Source: Geosiphon pyriformis uo1 (Eukaryota; Fungi; Glomeromycota). From it: 64,000 nucleotides of DNA. The notes under the pieces were generated by a model. It was not told the origin of the DNA, did no database searches, and saw only the letters and a list, made by a program, of their open reading frames with translations. The translations under genes were made by a program, and so were the position numbers. Location: the NCBI GenBank assembly GCA_016748015.1, contig JAAOMT010000571.1:284582-348581 (forward strand), read 5' to 3'. The first letter of the stretch is position 1, and each line of letters starts with the position of its first letter. This document shows positions 1 through 14,297 of the stretch, one piece after another.

Positions 1-1058
1 ATTAAATTAAGTTTTTTTATTATTTTTAAATTTTTTTGGTATTTTATATTAAATTATTATATTTTTAATATATAAAAAAATTTATATTATTATATATAAT
101 AATAAATAATAAAATTACAAAAAAAAATTTTTTTATTTGTTGCAAAAATTTAAAAAAAATAAAAGTTTTATTACTTTTATATTTTTATATTGTTAAATCA
201 AAAAAATTTTTCATTTAAAATTTAGTTGTATTAAATATTTTTGTTAAAAATATGATTAAAAATAAAATTTAAAAAAATTTGTTTTAATAATAATAAAAAC
301 ATAATATACTTTAAGCAAAAAATTGTTGTTAAAAAAATATCAAGTTTTTTAATAATGTTAATAATTTTTTAAAAAAATAAATAAAGTTTAATAACAAATT
401 TAATAGCATAAATAAGAGTAATAGTTAAAATTAATAATAAAATATAAATAAAGTTTATTAAAACAGCTTAATAATAAAAACACTTAAAGTAATTTTTATT
501 AAAAATATAATAATAAAATTTTTTACATTAAACTTTAATAAATTTAATAATAATAATAATAATAATAATAAAATAATTTTAAAATCACTTTTTTTATTAT
601 TAAATTTTAATTTTTATTAATTTTTTCTCTTTTATTTAAAAAAAAACTGTGTTTTTTATTAAAAAGTTTTTTATTTTAAATATGATTAAATAATATATAA
701 TTTATTAATTTATAATAAAAAGCTGTAATAAATTTGCTAATTTAATTAAACTAATTTAGTAATTTATATAAGATTTATATTTATTAATAAAAATTTTATT
801 TATATTAAAAAAATTAACATAAATAAAAAATTTTAAAAAAAATATGTATTAAGTTTTGTTTTATATTTTGTTAATAATTATAATAATATATAATATTTTT
901 AATACAATAGTATTTTTTGTAAAAAAAATTTATATTATTAATTATAATTTGTTTTTTTACAACTAAGTTAATATACTACTGTGTATTTTGAATTTAAAAT
1001 AATTAAAAAATGGTTTCAACAAAATTTTTAATTTTTAATAATATTAATTTAGTTTTAA

Positions 1059-2925
1059 TTTTTTTTTTCATGCTTAACAAGTAAGACCCAAATACTACCT
1101 AATACAATACATCAAATAATTGATCTAAATTAGGTGTAAATCATGTTTTTTCTACACATAACCAGCTATTTGAGCCAATTAGAACAATACTAAGCATCTA
1201 TATAAACCAAAACTGCATTCCCAATATCTAAAAAAAATGAACATAACTTATGAAAACCAAAACAAATACTAAACGCCTTAGCAATATCAAGTAATCTAAT
1301 TATGCCAGCAAAAAATCTTAAAGACAGCTCAGAGACTAAGACAGAAACTAAGCTATTAAGTAAAATTAGTCTATTTTTTTTCATATAAGCACAATGTTTT
1401 GTATAGACCAATCAAACTTCATTCTTAAAAGCAAGACAAAAAGCATAAACAAAATTTGCAACCTTTAAACTTGCAACTTTGGAATCACAAAAGAGTGAAA
1501 CAGTCTCTTAAAGCCAATCATTAAAAACAAAACTCTTACAAAAAGCCATACACATAGTAATATTAGAAGCACAAGATAAAAATAGTTAAAATATACAAAA
1601 AGAAGAACAAAAAAGACCAAAAAGCAATCTCCAAATATCTACATAGGCATCCAACAAATAATAACGAACAGAAATATTAACTTTACAAGAAAAAACATGG
1701 TCTAAGACTTTAATATTATTATAATATAAACATATCACACTAAGATAGTATTTGTTATACAGACACTTCTGAATAACAACTGATAGCTAATAGTATAAAG
1801 TCTTTATAAAATAAGTACAAGCACTAGCAGTTGGCCTATTAGCAAAACCAATAGCCATATACAAATCAAGATACTACACCAAAGAAGAACTAAGCCAATT
1901 AATGTTCAAAAGCAAACTACTTACTAGAATTTTAGAACCAAAACCAATTTTTCAATATACACAATGAACAAACCAAAATATATTATAAACAAAGTGTTTA
2001 GAGTTATCAAAAAAAACACTACTATTAGTCATAATATAATAATTCTTTAAACAGGAAAAAAAGTACCAATTAGAGAAAGAAATAATGTTGGCAAGTACAT
2101 TAGTATGCTTATTGTCTATAATATCTGAGTAACTTTTTATTTTGTGCTAGCTAATTTTCAAATTTTTATTATAAACAATATTTATAATATGCTGATGTTT
2201 CACCCAACATTGATTATAAAAATTTGAACACACCAAACTTAATTCCAATCTGCACATATTCAAAGCAGTTTGACTGTTAGTAAACAAATAAACCATGCTA
2301 AAAAAAAGAACATATTCAAGAGCCAATACAATAATCTGCAATTCTGTCAAAGTAGAGAACATTAAACCAGAAATTCCAATACCCAAATCCAAATTTATGT
2401 TATTAAAAAAAACTGCAGCATCAGCTTTTTTGTTAACTGTTTCTAAGTTCTTTAGAGACCCATCTGTATAAATAGACAAACTATCTGTATTAATATGAAA
2501 TAATTAGCTATGAACCAGCTCAAACTTATCAGATTTAAGAATATTAGAAAGTTCAACAACACCCAAAAAAAAAGAGCATATAGAAAAAAAAGTTATACTA
2601 TTAAGGAATGCAATAAAAAGTCTAAATCATTCAAAAATAAAGCCATAAGAGTTCAATTTCTTCTACTGTTTGAAAGTATTTTAATTAAAAACAGTACCAA
2701 AACAATCACAAAACTAATCCATAAAAACAATATTATACTATTAATGTGAAGAGAAAAGCCTAAAAAATCCAGATTTATTAAGAATTATTAACATGAGTAT
2801 TTTACTTTAAAGATGAAAAGAATTGTTTATAAAGCCATCTAAGAACAAATTGCACTCAAAAAAAATACGGACTACATCTGCCAAAAAATTATTGGAAAAA
2901 CTGATCTTAATATGAACAGTTTAAA
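1059..2925 (-). mobile_element. 5'-truncated LINE (3' part of ORF2: RNase H, Zn finger, C-terminus; 3' UTR; poly(A))
   Basis: ORF 2147-2479(-) reads SIYTDGSL...STLTELQII (RNase H). ORF 1190-1411(-) matches the ORF2 C-terminus of the full LINE. The 3' UTR at ~1069-1189 matches 10604-10716, with poly(T) at ~1059-1068. The 5' boundary is approximate. Confidence 0.9.
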
Positions 2926-4139
2926 TCAGTATAATTTTACTTAATATAAAAATTATAGATGTATTTTTAAAATATAATTCAGATAAAAAATTAAGTAATA
3001 TTTAAAACTAAGCTTTATTAAAGTTAAATTCTATTTTTAAAAAATTGTTTTATAAGCTTTCTAATATATTAAAATTTTAACTGTTTTATTTTAGTTTGTT
3101 TTAAAGCTTTTTTATGTATTTTAAACATATTAGAAAATTTAAAAGTTGTTTTTATATTATATTTAATATTAATATATTCAATAATTGATTTAAATTTTTT
3201 ATAAATTTGTTTTTTAATAAGTTTTAAAATAAAATTTATTTCAAGTTTTATTTTTTAAATATATTGTTAAAATTTTTGTAAATATATAACATCTATAAAA
3301 AATTTAATTAAAATAATTAAGTTAATTTTTTAATGTTTTGCTAATTATATTTAAAAAAATCTTTTTTTGATTTTTTTATAAAATTTTAATTTTTTAATAT
3401 TTTTTTAATGTAATTAATTTAATTTTAATTAATTGTAATTAAAATTTTAAAATTTTTTTGTAAATTAATATTAATTTTTAGAATAATTATTAAATATTTT
3501 TTGCTTAAAAATATAAAAATATAAAAAAAATAAAAGAATTTTTTATTTTTAATATATTATTTTTATGTGTGTTTTTTTTAGATTATTATTATTTGTTTAG
3601 ATATTATTACTAAAATTTTATATAATTATTGTAAAAAAATAAATAAATAATATATATAAATAAATTATAATATAATATAACAAAAATAATTAAAATAAAT
3701 ATACATAATAATAATTGTTTATTTTTTTTATTGTTTTTTTATTGTTTTTTTATATTTATTAATTAAAGTTGTTTTATAAATTATATTAAAGTTTTTACTA
3801 ATTTTCTTAATTTTAGTTTAAATATTTTAATAAATAATTATAATTTTATTAATTAATTAATTAATTGAAGAATATTAAACAATAATAATAGTATTATCAG
3901 TTAAAATTTAATGAAAAATTAATTTTTATAATTTTTTTTTTAATTAATATATATTAATATTTTATATTTGTTATTAATTATTATTACTTAATTAATAACT
4001 TAATTTGTATAATAAAATTTCTTTTTCTTCTTTGTCCCAAATTTTCAAAAAAGAGTTAAAAAAGTTTTTTTAAAAGAAGTTTTTTACTATTCAGTACAAT
4101 AAATCAAAACCGTTTTTGCTTAATTACAAGACCATTGTT

Positions 4140-5952
4140 GGCTCCAGTATTACTGTCATAAAGAAAGCTATTAAAAATTCTGGTTTTAATAGTGGTTTGA
4201 AGTCTATGCTGTCGAAAAAAAAAAGGTGGTGTTTTGAAAGATAATATCAAAACTAAGGAAGTTTCTAATAAAGTAATAGATAACTGTTCTTGGGGTTTTA
4301 AAACTGGTAATACTATGAAATCTGAGAGCATTAACATAAAAGAGAAGTGTCTGGTTGAGAAAACCAGTTTTAATTATAGTGATAGGACCATTTTTAATAG
4401 TAAAAATATGAATCAGACTCCAAAAGACTCATGTATTAAAACCAAGAAGGCATTGAGAAAATTTTTGAACAAGATAAATTTTCTGAGTGATAGTGATAAT
4501 GATGATATTCTATTGAATACTTTCTTGAATCTCTCTCCTCCTTCAAAAATACTGGTCAATATTCTGATTAAGAAATTATTCACTTTAGATATTGGTTTAG
4601 ATAAAATTGTTGGAAAATTTTCTCATAAAAAGTTGATGGCAGTTAAGAATTTGTTTTCAAAAATTAATGGTTTTGAAAAGACTTTTACTTTCTTAAAATT
4701 TGCTGAAATTATTAGGGCAATGTTTACTTCTAAATTAAGTATGGTGCAAGCTTCTGAAAAGACTAAAAATGCAAAGATTATAGTAAACATTAATCTCAAG
4801 AAATCTATTGGACATTTAGATTGGGCTGTGGTGTTGAAAAAAATTCCAATAAGTATTTCAGCTGAGACTGTGTAGACTATGCTTTCTGAATTTAGTATGA
4901 TTAAGTTGATTAAAATGCAGTTGATAGAGCTATAACAAAAAGCTATAGTAGAATTTGAGCAATCAGATCATGCTGATTTGGCTACAACAAGGTGGTTTAT
5001 CTTGATTGAAAAAAATATAATATGAGTTGCTAGATTGGATTTAGACAAAAAATCTTGGGACAAAAGAGATTAGTATAGGGCATTGCTATATATTTTGCCC
5101 ATGGAAACAAATGCTCATAACATATGAGACTTTATTGGTTCTATTGGTAGTAAAACATGTGTTATTAATTGCTATCCAGTTTCATATGCCTAAGCCAAAT
5201 GTGCTGCTGTTTGCTTTAAATTAGCTAAATTATTGGATGCTATTATAAAAACAACACCAGTTTTAAGGGGCACTAATTTGTACTGGTTTTATTTAGTCCC
5301 TGCTAAGTGTGCTAAGTGTGGGAACTCTGGTTATATGTCTTTAAGTTGTGTAGCCAGTGGGAAATTTCTTTTTGGTATTTTATCACATAGGGTTTTTTCA
5401 GATATAGATAAAAGTAGACTGGCTGTTATTTATGCCAAATATTTGGCACTAGTAGCCCGTTCTGTTTTTTTTAGAGATGTTTTTTAGACAAATGTTGTTG
5501 GTAGGTCTTCTTTTTTTCTTCTTCCTATAAGTAATGCCTTAGCTAACATAAATTTTTCTTCAGATATGAAACCTTTCTTGTCTGCTGTGAGTGATTTGAA
5601 ATTATGTTTAGTCAGTATTAAAAACAGTCTTATCAGTTTTGCAGAACAAATTGATGAGTTAGCTAAGAGATTAGAATTATTTGTGTTAGCAGTTTTCTAG
5701 CCTAGCCCTAAATGTTAGCTGTCAGTAATCTCCTTATTACAGGATTGAGTAGATGTTATAGTGATGAGAAGGGGCTCAAGTAATGCCACTAGTAATAAGA
5801 CTGCTATGTTTCTGAATTTGTTTATCTCTTCTACTGTTGTCAAGTTAAAGACCATGTTAGAAGATCTCTCAGCCTTAGTTTTTAGTTTATCAGCCCAGTT
5901 TAATGGTTTGGTTCTTGTGAATAGTGTGCTTCTCCAACCTTATTTTTAATGA
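4140..5952 (+). pseudogene. LINE ORF1 (RRM-like region + CCHC knuckle)
   Basis: Fragments 4234-4875, 5233-5487 and 5761-5949. AVVLKKIP...FSMIKLIK..WQKAIVEF is RRM-like; CAKCGNSG(H>Y)MSLSC is the knuckle. The start is approximate. Confidence 0.8.
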
Positions 5953-8900
5953 CCAGTCTGGTTTGGAAAGTTGCTGTTTGTAACATTAGAAGAATGAACA
6001 ATCCTGCTAAACAGAATAATATTATTTATTGGCACAAAAACATAAACAATTTAATTTCTATTTTTTTGGAAACAAAGCTGAAAAAGAAGATACACTCATG
6101 AATTGTTAACAAATTTAGTGGTGTCTACATGTTTACTTCTGGTTTGAACTTTGGTTACTTGGGTTTGGATGTTGTAATAGTAATAAACAATTTTTTGGTA
6201 AAGCATGTGTGTAAAATTTCTGAGGTTTCTGGCTGGCTTCTCTCTATTAAGTTGCTTTTTAAAAATAGGCTTTTTGTCTTGGTTTTAGGACTTTATGCTG
6301 GAGCTTTTCTAGCTGTTCATTTTTTTCAGGCTGGTAAAATTAACTTTTTTGTTGCTAAGACTGTAAACAAATCTTTTTTCATTATTTTTGGGAGTAATTT
6401 CAATAAAGATAATTCTCATAGAAATGCCAGTCTCAAAAAGTGCTTTGATTTAGAACTAGTCAATTCTTTGGCTAAAAGCTTAGCTGCAAAATCACCAACT
6501 TGAGAAAATTCTAGGGGCATTATGAAAACAATTAATTACATGTTTGTTTCTCCAAATTTGGTTAATGTAATAGTACATTACAATATTTTGAATGTTGATG
6601 AGCATTTTGACATGAATTACCAAGCTGTTTTTGTGTCTGTGAATTTGAGTAGACTTTTAGATATGAAATTGAACTCTCTTTGCAAACAAGCAAATAGAGA
6701 TCATTGAAAGTTTGATTTCAAAAATGCTAATGAAAATAAATGGAACAATTTTAAAGATGCCATATTGGCCAATGCTACAATGTTTTTTAATGAGTTTGCT
6801 GTCTCTGTAAAGTTCTCAGATTTGAATACAATATAAAATATTGTTTGCATGATAATGACTTTTTTAGCAAATGAGATATTCAAAAAAAAATGATTTAAGA
6901 ACTTTGATAGTATCTATACCAAAGCTTCTTCAAGATTTTATAAGCTAGAGCTTTTGGTTTCAAAGATTGTTAAGACCTTTTATAAAAGATGTATTATCAG
7001 TTTTGTGTCTCTTATAAAATGCTGAAACTCTTTAGACAATATTAGGACTTTGGTTATTTAGAATCTCATAAACTCTAATGCAAACTTTAATCACGTCCAT
7101 TCTGCTCTTTTTGGTATAAGAAAATCTTATTATGCTTTCAAGCTTGCTGAATTTCTGAAAACTAATAAGACAAAACATCAGGTCTGCTATAGATAGGAGA
7201 ATAGAAAGTTTTGAGATAAATAAAGGTCATATTATTAGGAGTGTGCTAGAGCATTCTTTCTACAAAGTAGTTTTAAACCATCTAATTGTAAATAACGAGC
7301 TAATTTTAGAGTCTAATGTGGTTAAGTTTAAGGTAGATGTAATCATAGAAAGTTGGACTAAAAAACAAAAGATGATTGCTGATATTTCTAATGAGTGGTC
7401 TCATTAATACAAATCTTTAAAATATGTTTTTGACAAGGCTTTTTCTGATGTGATGTGTTTAGTTAGGTTTAATAAACTGTTTAATGTGATTTCTAATCTG
7501 CTTAATAACAAAGCTGCTAGTCTTTTGGGTGTATCAAATAAGCTTTGAAAACATTGTAATAGATCAGTTCTAGATATGCTTTTAGTGCTTTTGAATTTTT
7601 GTTTATCTAATAAATCAATATTTAGTTCTTGAAAGAAGACTTGGATTTTAATGATTTCCAAACCATATGAGTAGAAAAGTGTTTTGACAAATACTTATTC
7701 TATTGCTTTGATTAAAACAGCTTACAAAATTCTCTCTGACAGAATTTCATTGACATGCAGCACTTTTGACATTCTTTGTGGAGACAATTTTTCAGTTTTA
7801 AAGAATATGACAACTCAGTCTTTCATTTTTGCAATTGGTTTAGTGATCAAAGATGCTTTGGAGAAGAACCAAAAGCTCTGGCTAGTTTTGCAGAATATGT
7901 GTAAAACATACAATTCAGTTGGCTGGAAACATCTTAAGAAAAGTTTGGTCAGAATTAAAATGTGTAGCAAATTTATTCAATTTTTCAGTAGTATTTATAG
8001 AAATCATATCAACTAAGTTATGACTGATTTTGGATTAACGAATGGTTATCATATACATGATAGTTTGAACCAAAAAGAAATCTTTTTTCTTTTTCTTTGG
8101 CATATATTTTATGATCTTCTTTTGTGCAAAGTTAAATAACAGAAGAGTATGTATAGATATAGATTGAATTTTTATTTTATTTCCAGAAATGTTTGTGCCA
8201 AGTCTCAGACTGGACTTTCTTCTTTTTTTGCTGCTAGTGTCTTTGTTAATAATACAATCTGGATTGGTAGCAGTCAAAGTACTACTCAACATATTCTTAA
8301 TATTACTAATGAATTTTTTTGGATGAATAATATTTCTATTAATAATGACAAAACAGTGGCCATTTCTATCAATTGTAGAATAAACAGATCTTTTCTGTCT
8401 ATTAGTGGCTTACCCATTTCTATTACCAAAAGAGAGGAAGCCCATAGATATCTGAACATTTTTTTTTCAACTGAGAATCTTTCAAAGCCTAGCTTGGCTA
8501 AGGTGTATTCAGACATTCGTTTTTTTATCAACTTGGTTCTAAAAAAAACCATCTTAGATAAGCAGTTCCTGTATTTGGTATTAGCTGTTTTTTATTCTAT
8601 TGTTAGCTATAAAACACAGTTTAGTTTTGTTCTTGTTAGTGTATATGCCAAATGGAATGCTTTGATTTGTAAGAGCTTGAAGTTTAAATCTGGTTTGCCC
8701 CTCAATTTTTCTGGTAATATAATTCATTATCCATTTTTTTATGGTCTAAAATCTTTTGTACAATGTCAATATGAGAGTAAAATTGCTTTTCTTGTTGGTT
8801 TTGCAAACTCTGGTGGGATTTTGGGTCATCTGTTTTCCTACAAGTTTCATAACTTGCAAGTTTTGTGTTAGTATTCTGTTCATTTTTTGAGTTCTTTTGT

Positions 8901-10603
8901 TTATATTTGGGTCAGTTTTTTTAATAACTTTTTGGCAAGCATGATTTGTATTTTTCTTGAGTGTGGTTTGTCACTAAATAGCTCTTTGGACAATTTTTTT
9001 CTTTTTTGTGATGAAGTGTTCATGTCTACTATTCTTGGCAAATCAAAATTTTTCAAGTTCCTCCCTTCACTCTGAAGACATAGTATTGCCTTTATAAAGC
9101 AACTTTACAATTGTTATGGTGCTATTTTTGATTAATACATCTTTAAGTAGTGGAAGAAGTTGGATCTTTATGGTCTTATTCCTGAATGGTTTAAACTTTT
9201 TACTGTATTTTTTATTGGCAAGACTGTTTTTTCTGCTTATTCTTTTGTCTTGAGTGTTGTTGGCCCTCTAAATATTCTTGAGTTTCATGAATTTGAATCT
9301 ATTTGTGATCAGCTTTCTCAGGTTGTTACTGATAGTTTTTTTGTCTATACAGATAGGTTCTTGAAAAATGTGGGCATGGTTAGCAAGAAGGCTGGTGCTG
9401 CAGCTTTCTTTAAAGACATTAATATGGGTTTGGGTGTTGGTGTTTTGGGTTTGATGTTATCTACTCTGACAGAGATATAGGCTATTGTATTGGCATTGGA
9501 GTGTATTCTTTTGTTTAGCTCTGTTTGCTTATTTTCAGATAGTCAATCTGCTTTGGATGCTTGTAAGTCGGAATTGGGTTTGGTGTGTTCTGATTTTTAT
9601 AATCAGTGCTGGATTAAGTATTAGCATATTGTAAATGTTATTTGTAATAAAAGTTTAAGAGTTGACTGGTACAAAGTAAAAGATCACTCTAGTATTATGG
9701 AAAATAAGTGTGTCAATACTGTCTCTTTCTCTAATTGGTGTCTCCCTCTACCCTTAAGAGAACACTTTATAGTTGCTAATAGTGGTATTGTTTCTGACAA
9801 TTCTAAACACTTCATTTATAATGTTTTTCATTCTATTTGTCAAATACATTGGAAAATTGGTTCTGGTTTTAGATTTGTGGTTATTAGTTTGCTTTCAGAC
9901 ATTGACTGGCTCAGCTCCTTGTTGGTATGGCAATTTGATTTACACATGGCTACTGGTTTTATTAGCAGGTCTTTAGCTAATACACATACTTATTTTATGA
10001 AAGCTTTATATTATTGGCTGCCTGTTGTCATTCAGAAGCATTTTTATGACAGACACTATCCTAGTGTATTGTGTTTATATTATGGTAATATAATGGTATC
10101 AAATCATGTTTTTTCTTGTGATATTGATATTTCTGTTTATTATTGAATATTGAATGCCCATGTAGCTTTTTGGAAAGTGATTTCTGGTTTTTTTCTTTCT
10201 TCTTTATGTGTATTACAACTGTTGTTATCTTGTGTTTCTGATGGCTTTGTGTTCATGGCTCTTTATAAAAGTTTTGTTTTTGATGATTGGCTTCAAGAAA
10301 CTACTTTTATTTTTTGGGATTCCAAGATTGCTGGTTTAAAGATTGTGGAGTTTGTGTATTCTATTTGTCTTACTTTTAGGAATAATATCTGGTTGGTTTG
10401 TGCTAAACATAGAGAAAAATGGACTAATTTTGTTTGATGGCTTGGCTTTTGTCTCAATCTCTGGTTTGGTTTCAAAGTTCTTAGCTGGTGTGGTCAAGTT
10501 GCTTGGCATTGCTGAAGTATTTAGTATTCATTTTGGCTTTTATAAGCCTTGTTTATTTTTTTTGGGTGTTAGTGATTCAGTTTTGGTTTATATAGCTGTA
10601 TAA
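5949..10603 (+). pseudogene. LINE ORF2: AP-endonuclease, reverse transcriptase, RNase H, C-terminal Zn finger
   Basis: Endonuclease motifs WKVAVCNIR, ETKL, G(D>N)FN, TI(D>N)YMFVS, (T)D(H>Y). RT motifs QNMCKTYNSVGW and F-V-(DD>NN)-TIW. RNase H motif VYTD(G>R)(S>F)L. Zn finger CLY(C>Y)G...HVFSC. Many in-frame stops. Confidence 0.92.
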
Positions 10604-10869
10604 TGTTGTTCTGATCAGTCTGAGTGGCTGGTTATGTGTAAAAAATACATAATTCACACCTAATTTAGATTGATATATAGTTTTAAGCAATATTTGGATC
10701 TCATTTATTAAGCAAATAAAAAAAAATTTGTATAATAAATATATATTAATATAAAACTTATACTCTCTACAAATTAATAATTTTAAAATAATTAGCTTTT
10801 AATTTTAAGTTTGAAAATAATTTTACTTTAATTTTATTTATTTGTTTTAATTTATATTATTATTATGAA

Positions 10870-12087
10870 TAATTTAAATTAGTTGTCAAGTAGTCTTAGA
10901 CATATATTATTCAAAATTGGCTTTAGTTTTACTATATTTTTGTAATTATTGTTGATTAAGCATTAATACATTGTAAATGTTATTAGGAAAAAAAATTTGA
11001 GTGTTAATTAACATAAAATTAAAGACTATTCTAGTGTTTTAAACAATAAAAAAGCTAATTTTTTGGCTAGTACAGTCTCATTTTCGAATTTAATGCTTTC
11101 AGTTTATGTATAAAAACATTTTATTAAAGTTGATAATAAGATTATTTTGCAAAATACAAGATGTTTTGTTTGTAAAATTTTTTAAACAATTTATTATGTT
11201 TATTAAAAAATCAAATTTGATACTTATATTTTAAAAATTAATCTACTTAAAAATATAAATTGAGTTAGATTTTATTAATATAGTATTCTGATTTTTATAT
11301 ATTAACAAAATTTATAAGCAAAATTACAATTAGAATATATTTTTATTTTATGAAAATTTTATATTATAAGTTGTTTATAGTTATTTATAAGTATTTGTAT
11401 AATAAAAATTATTATAGTATTTTATGTTTGTTTTATGAGATGTTGAGTTTTCAAATCATGTTTTTTTTGTAAATTAAATAGTAGATTTTACAAAAAACTG
11501 TTAAATGTTTATATAATTATCTAAAAGACATTTTTTGGTTTGCTTAAATTTTTTTGTGTTTTATAATTGCTTTTTCTGTGTTTTTCTAATTTTTAGTGTA
11601 TTCAACTTTATATAAAAAAGTTGTTTTTAAGAACTGGTTTTAAAATTTTTTTTAATTTTAAAAATACTAAAATTGCTAACAAAAAATTGTAAACTTTATA
11701 TATAGTTTAAATTAGCTTATAAAAATAATATTTAATTTATTTGTTTTAAAAACTGGCTTTTATAAAAAATAATTATTTTATTATATGTAATAAAATTATT
11801 TTTGCAATTGTTATTAGTTTATTATTTGTGTTGTTTAATAATATAGTTAGGTTTCTTGAAATAGCTAAAGTCTTTAAGTTAGTTTTGGTATATACAAATT
11901 ATGTTTATTTTTTCTGGTATTAAAAATATAGTTTTTATATATATAGATACATAATATTGTTTTAATTAGTTTAAGTAATTGATTACATATAAATAATATA
12001 TAATTTATACTTAATTTAAGTTATTTAGTTTAATATATTGTATTAAGTAGTATTTAAATCTTAATTATTAAATATAATAAAAAAAAT
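10870..12087 (+). mobile_element. Heavily AT-eroded LINE 3' fragment (end of RNase H to poly(A))
   Basis: Colinear similarity to 9540-10724, e.g. agttgtcaagtagtcttagac, ttttcaaatcatgtttttttttgt, and the 3' UTR tagtatttaaatcttaattattaaatataataaaaaa. Confidence 0.75.
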
Positions 12088-12449
12088 TATTATTTAGTAT
12101 AATACAATTGCTAAATATTTTAAATTAATATAATATATATATTTTTTATATATAATTAACTATTTGAATTAATTAAAACAATATTAAATAATCATTTTAA
12201 TATTAACATAATTATAAATACCAAAAAAAATATTAAAATACAAATTAAAACATATATTATAAATTTTATTAATATTAAATAACTTTATTATCTTAATAAA
12301 CAAAATATTTCATAAATTATAAATTAAAATAAAGTTATTTAAATTAATTAAATCGCTTTTTTTTATATTTATTTTGAATTTAATTTTATAAGACTAAATA
12401 TTAGATTTATAATTAATAAAATCAATATAAAACTAAATTAAAAACTTTT

Positions 12450-14270
12450 TTATTTTTATTTTTTATAATTATAATCAAAATTAAGAGTAAAAAAATTACA
12501 AACATTACTTTTTTTATAGTAATTAATAAAGTTTTAACATAAAATTTTTATTATTAAAGCAGTTAAACAAAATATTTTAGCAATATTTTTTTTAAATATT
12601 AATAATAAAAAGCTGTTTTTAATAATTTTAAGCATTTTTTTTACTTTAAACTAATAGTTTTTTTTTAGTCAAAATTTTTTTTAAAAAACATATTTGAATT
12701 AATTTTAGTATTGTTTTTGTTTTTTTTGTTTTTATTATTATTATTATTATTATTATTTTGTAAATAATTAAAAAACCAAAAAATTCAAAAAATAGCAACA
12801 GTTATTTATAACTGCTATAATTATACTAAACTTTTTTATAGTTTTAAATAAAATTTGAATAAAATTTTTATGGCAAAAACCAGTTTTTTTTTAATATAGA
12901 CAACAACAATAATAATATATTTTTAAAATAAATAAAAATTAATTGTTAATTGTATTGTCAAATGTAAAATTTTTTAACAAATTATTGCTAATTAAAAAAA
13001 CAAAACAACTTATTATTACATTTAATCTTAAAAATTAACTGCTTTTTTTTTTTAGTTTTTAATAATATTATTAATAATATTTAAATAATTGTTATTAATT
13101 ATTAAAGATTTTTAAGTAGATAGTTTTTATTATAGTATTTAGTACTATGTTTGAAATTAAAATAATTTTATTTAGTTTTTTATATTAATTTTTGTCTGTT
13201 TTTATTAAATTTAAGTTTGTTTTAAAAGATATTATTAAATTGTTTTATGTAAAATTTGCATCTTAAAAGCATTTAAATAATGCCATTAAAATTGTTTTTG
13301 ATAAATTTGTCTCTTTAGTTATATTCAAAATTACAAAGTTTTTTGTAGTAGTTTTTTTTTTCTTTTTTTTCTGTTGTATTTTTTAATATCATTGTTAGTT
13401 TATTTTTTAATAATATTAAAAATGCTTTTGGCATTTTTGGTATTAGTACTTTGGTTAAATTAAAGTTTGTTAACTTATAACAATATGTTATAATTTACTT
13501 TAAAAACATTTTTTTACTACTGTTGCTTTTATTTACTAATTTGTATTAATTAAAAAAACAATATTAAAATCTTTTTTTTAGTCAATTAAAAAAAGTTATG
13601 GTTTCAAAAAATGCTTTTAAAACCAAGTTGATTAATCTTTTTTTTGGTTATATTGTTTTTAAAATTAATAACTTAGTTTTTTAAATTAATAACTACATTT
13701 TTTTATTTTTTATTTTTCTAATTTCTATTATTGTCAATGCTTTATTGTTGTAATTTTTAATTTTTTAAAGTTTTAAATACTATTGTTTTAAAAATTAGCA
13801 TTTTATATAAATGTTTTATTTAATAAAAAGCTTTTAAATATTATTATTAATATAAGTATTAAAGTTTAAATCATTTGGCTTTAAATTATAAAATGGTTTT
13901 ATTTTTTTTCTAAGTTTTTTTTCAAATTTGCTATTGCTTTTAAAATCTTAAACCTTGTTTTGTTGGTATTAAATCTTATATTAATATCATTGTTTCTATA
14001 ATTTTTTCTGTTATTATTGCTATTAAAATTAATTTTGTGTTCAGTATTTTTTCTAAAGCTGTATTATTTATAACTACTCATAATATTATTGTTTTAAATA
14101 CTATTGTTAATTTTAAATTGGCTTTTTTAAAATTTTATTTTAATCAATTGTTTTTGTTAATTAAATTAATAATTAAGTTTATTAGTTCTTTAATTATATT
14201 AATTATTATTTTATTGTTTATTTTTTTGCTGTAAATACAATATTAAAAAAAATCTAATAACAATAAAAAA
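12450..14270 (+). mobile_element. Ghost LINE remnant (ORF1 / endonuclease region), extremely eroded
   Basis: Residual similarity near 13600-13900 to the endonuclease segment (ttcaaaaaatgctttt...ttgattaat...aataactacattttttta). Identity is barely recognisable. Confidence 0.4.
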
Positions 14271-14297
14271 ATAAATAAATAAGATTGGTATTATGAC

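Larger units (their letters stand above)
4017..10724 (+). mobile_element. Full-length degenerate LINE (ORF1 + EN-RT-RNase H ORF2) with 15-bp TSD
   Basis: AATTTGTATAATAAA occurs at 4002-4016 and again at 10725-10739 right after the poly(A). ORF1 and ORF2 fragments are colinear across the interval. Confidence 0.92.

Noticed and set aside
546-575. (AAT)n microsatellite, also (TTA)n near 12735
   Set aside because: Probably eroded GAT/AAC codon runs; no sign of function.
14037-14234. Hydrophobic 65-aa ORF as a membrane protein or host gene
   Set aside because: F/I/L/K/N composition is an artefact of AT erosion; no host gene is supported anywhere in the window.
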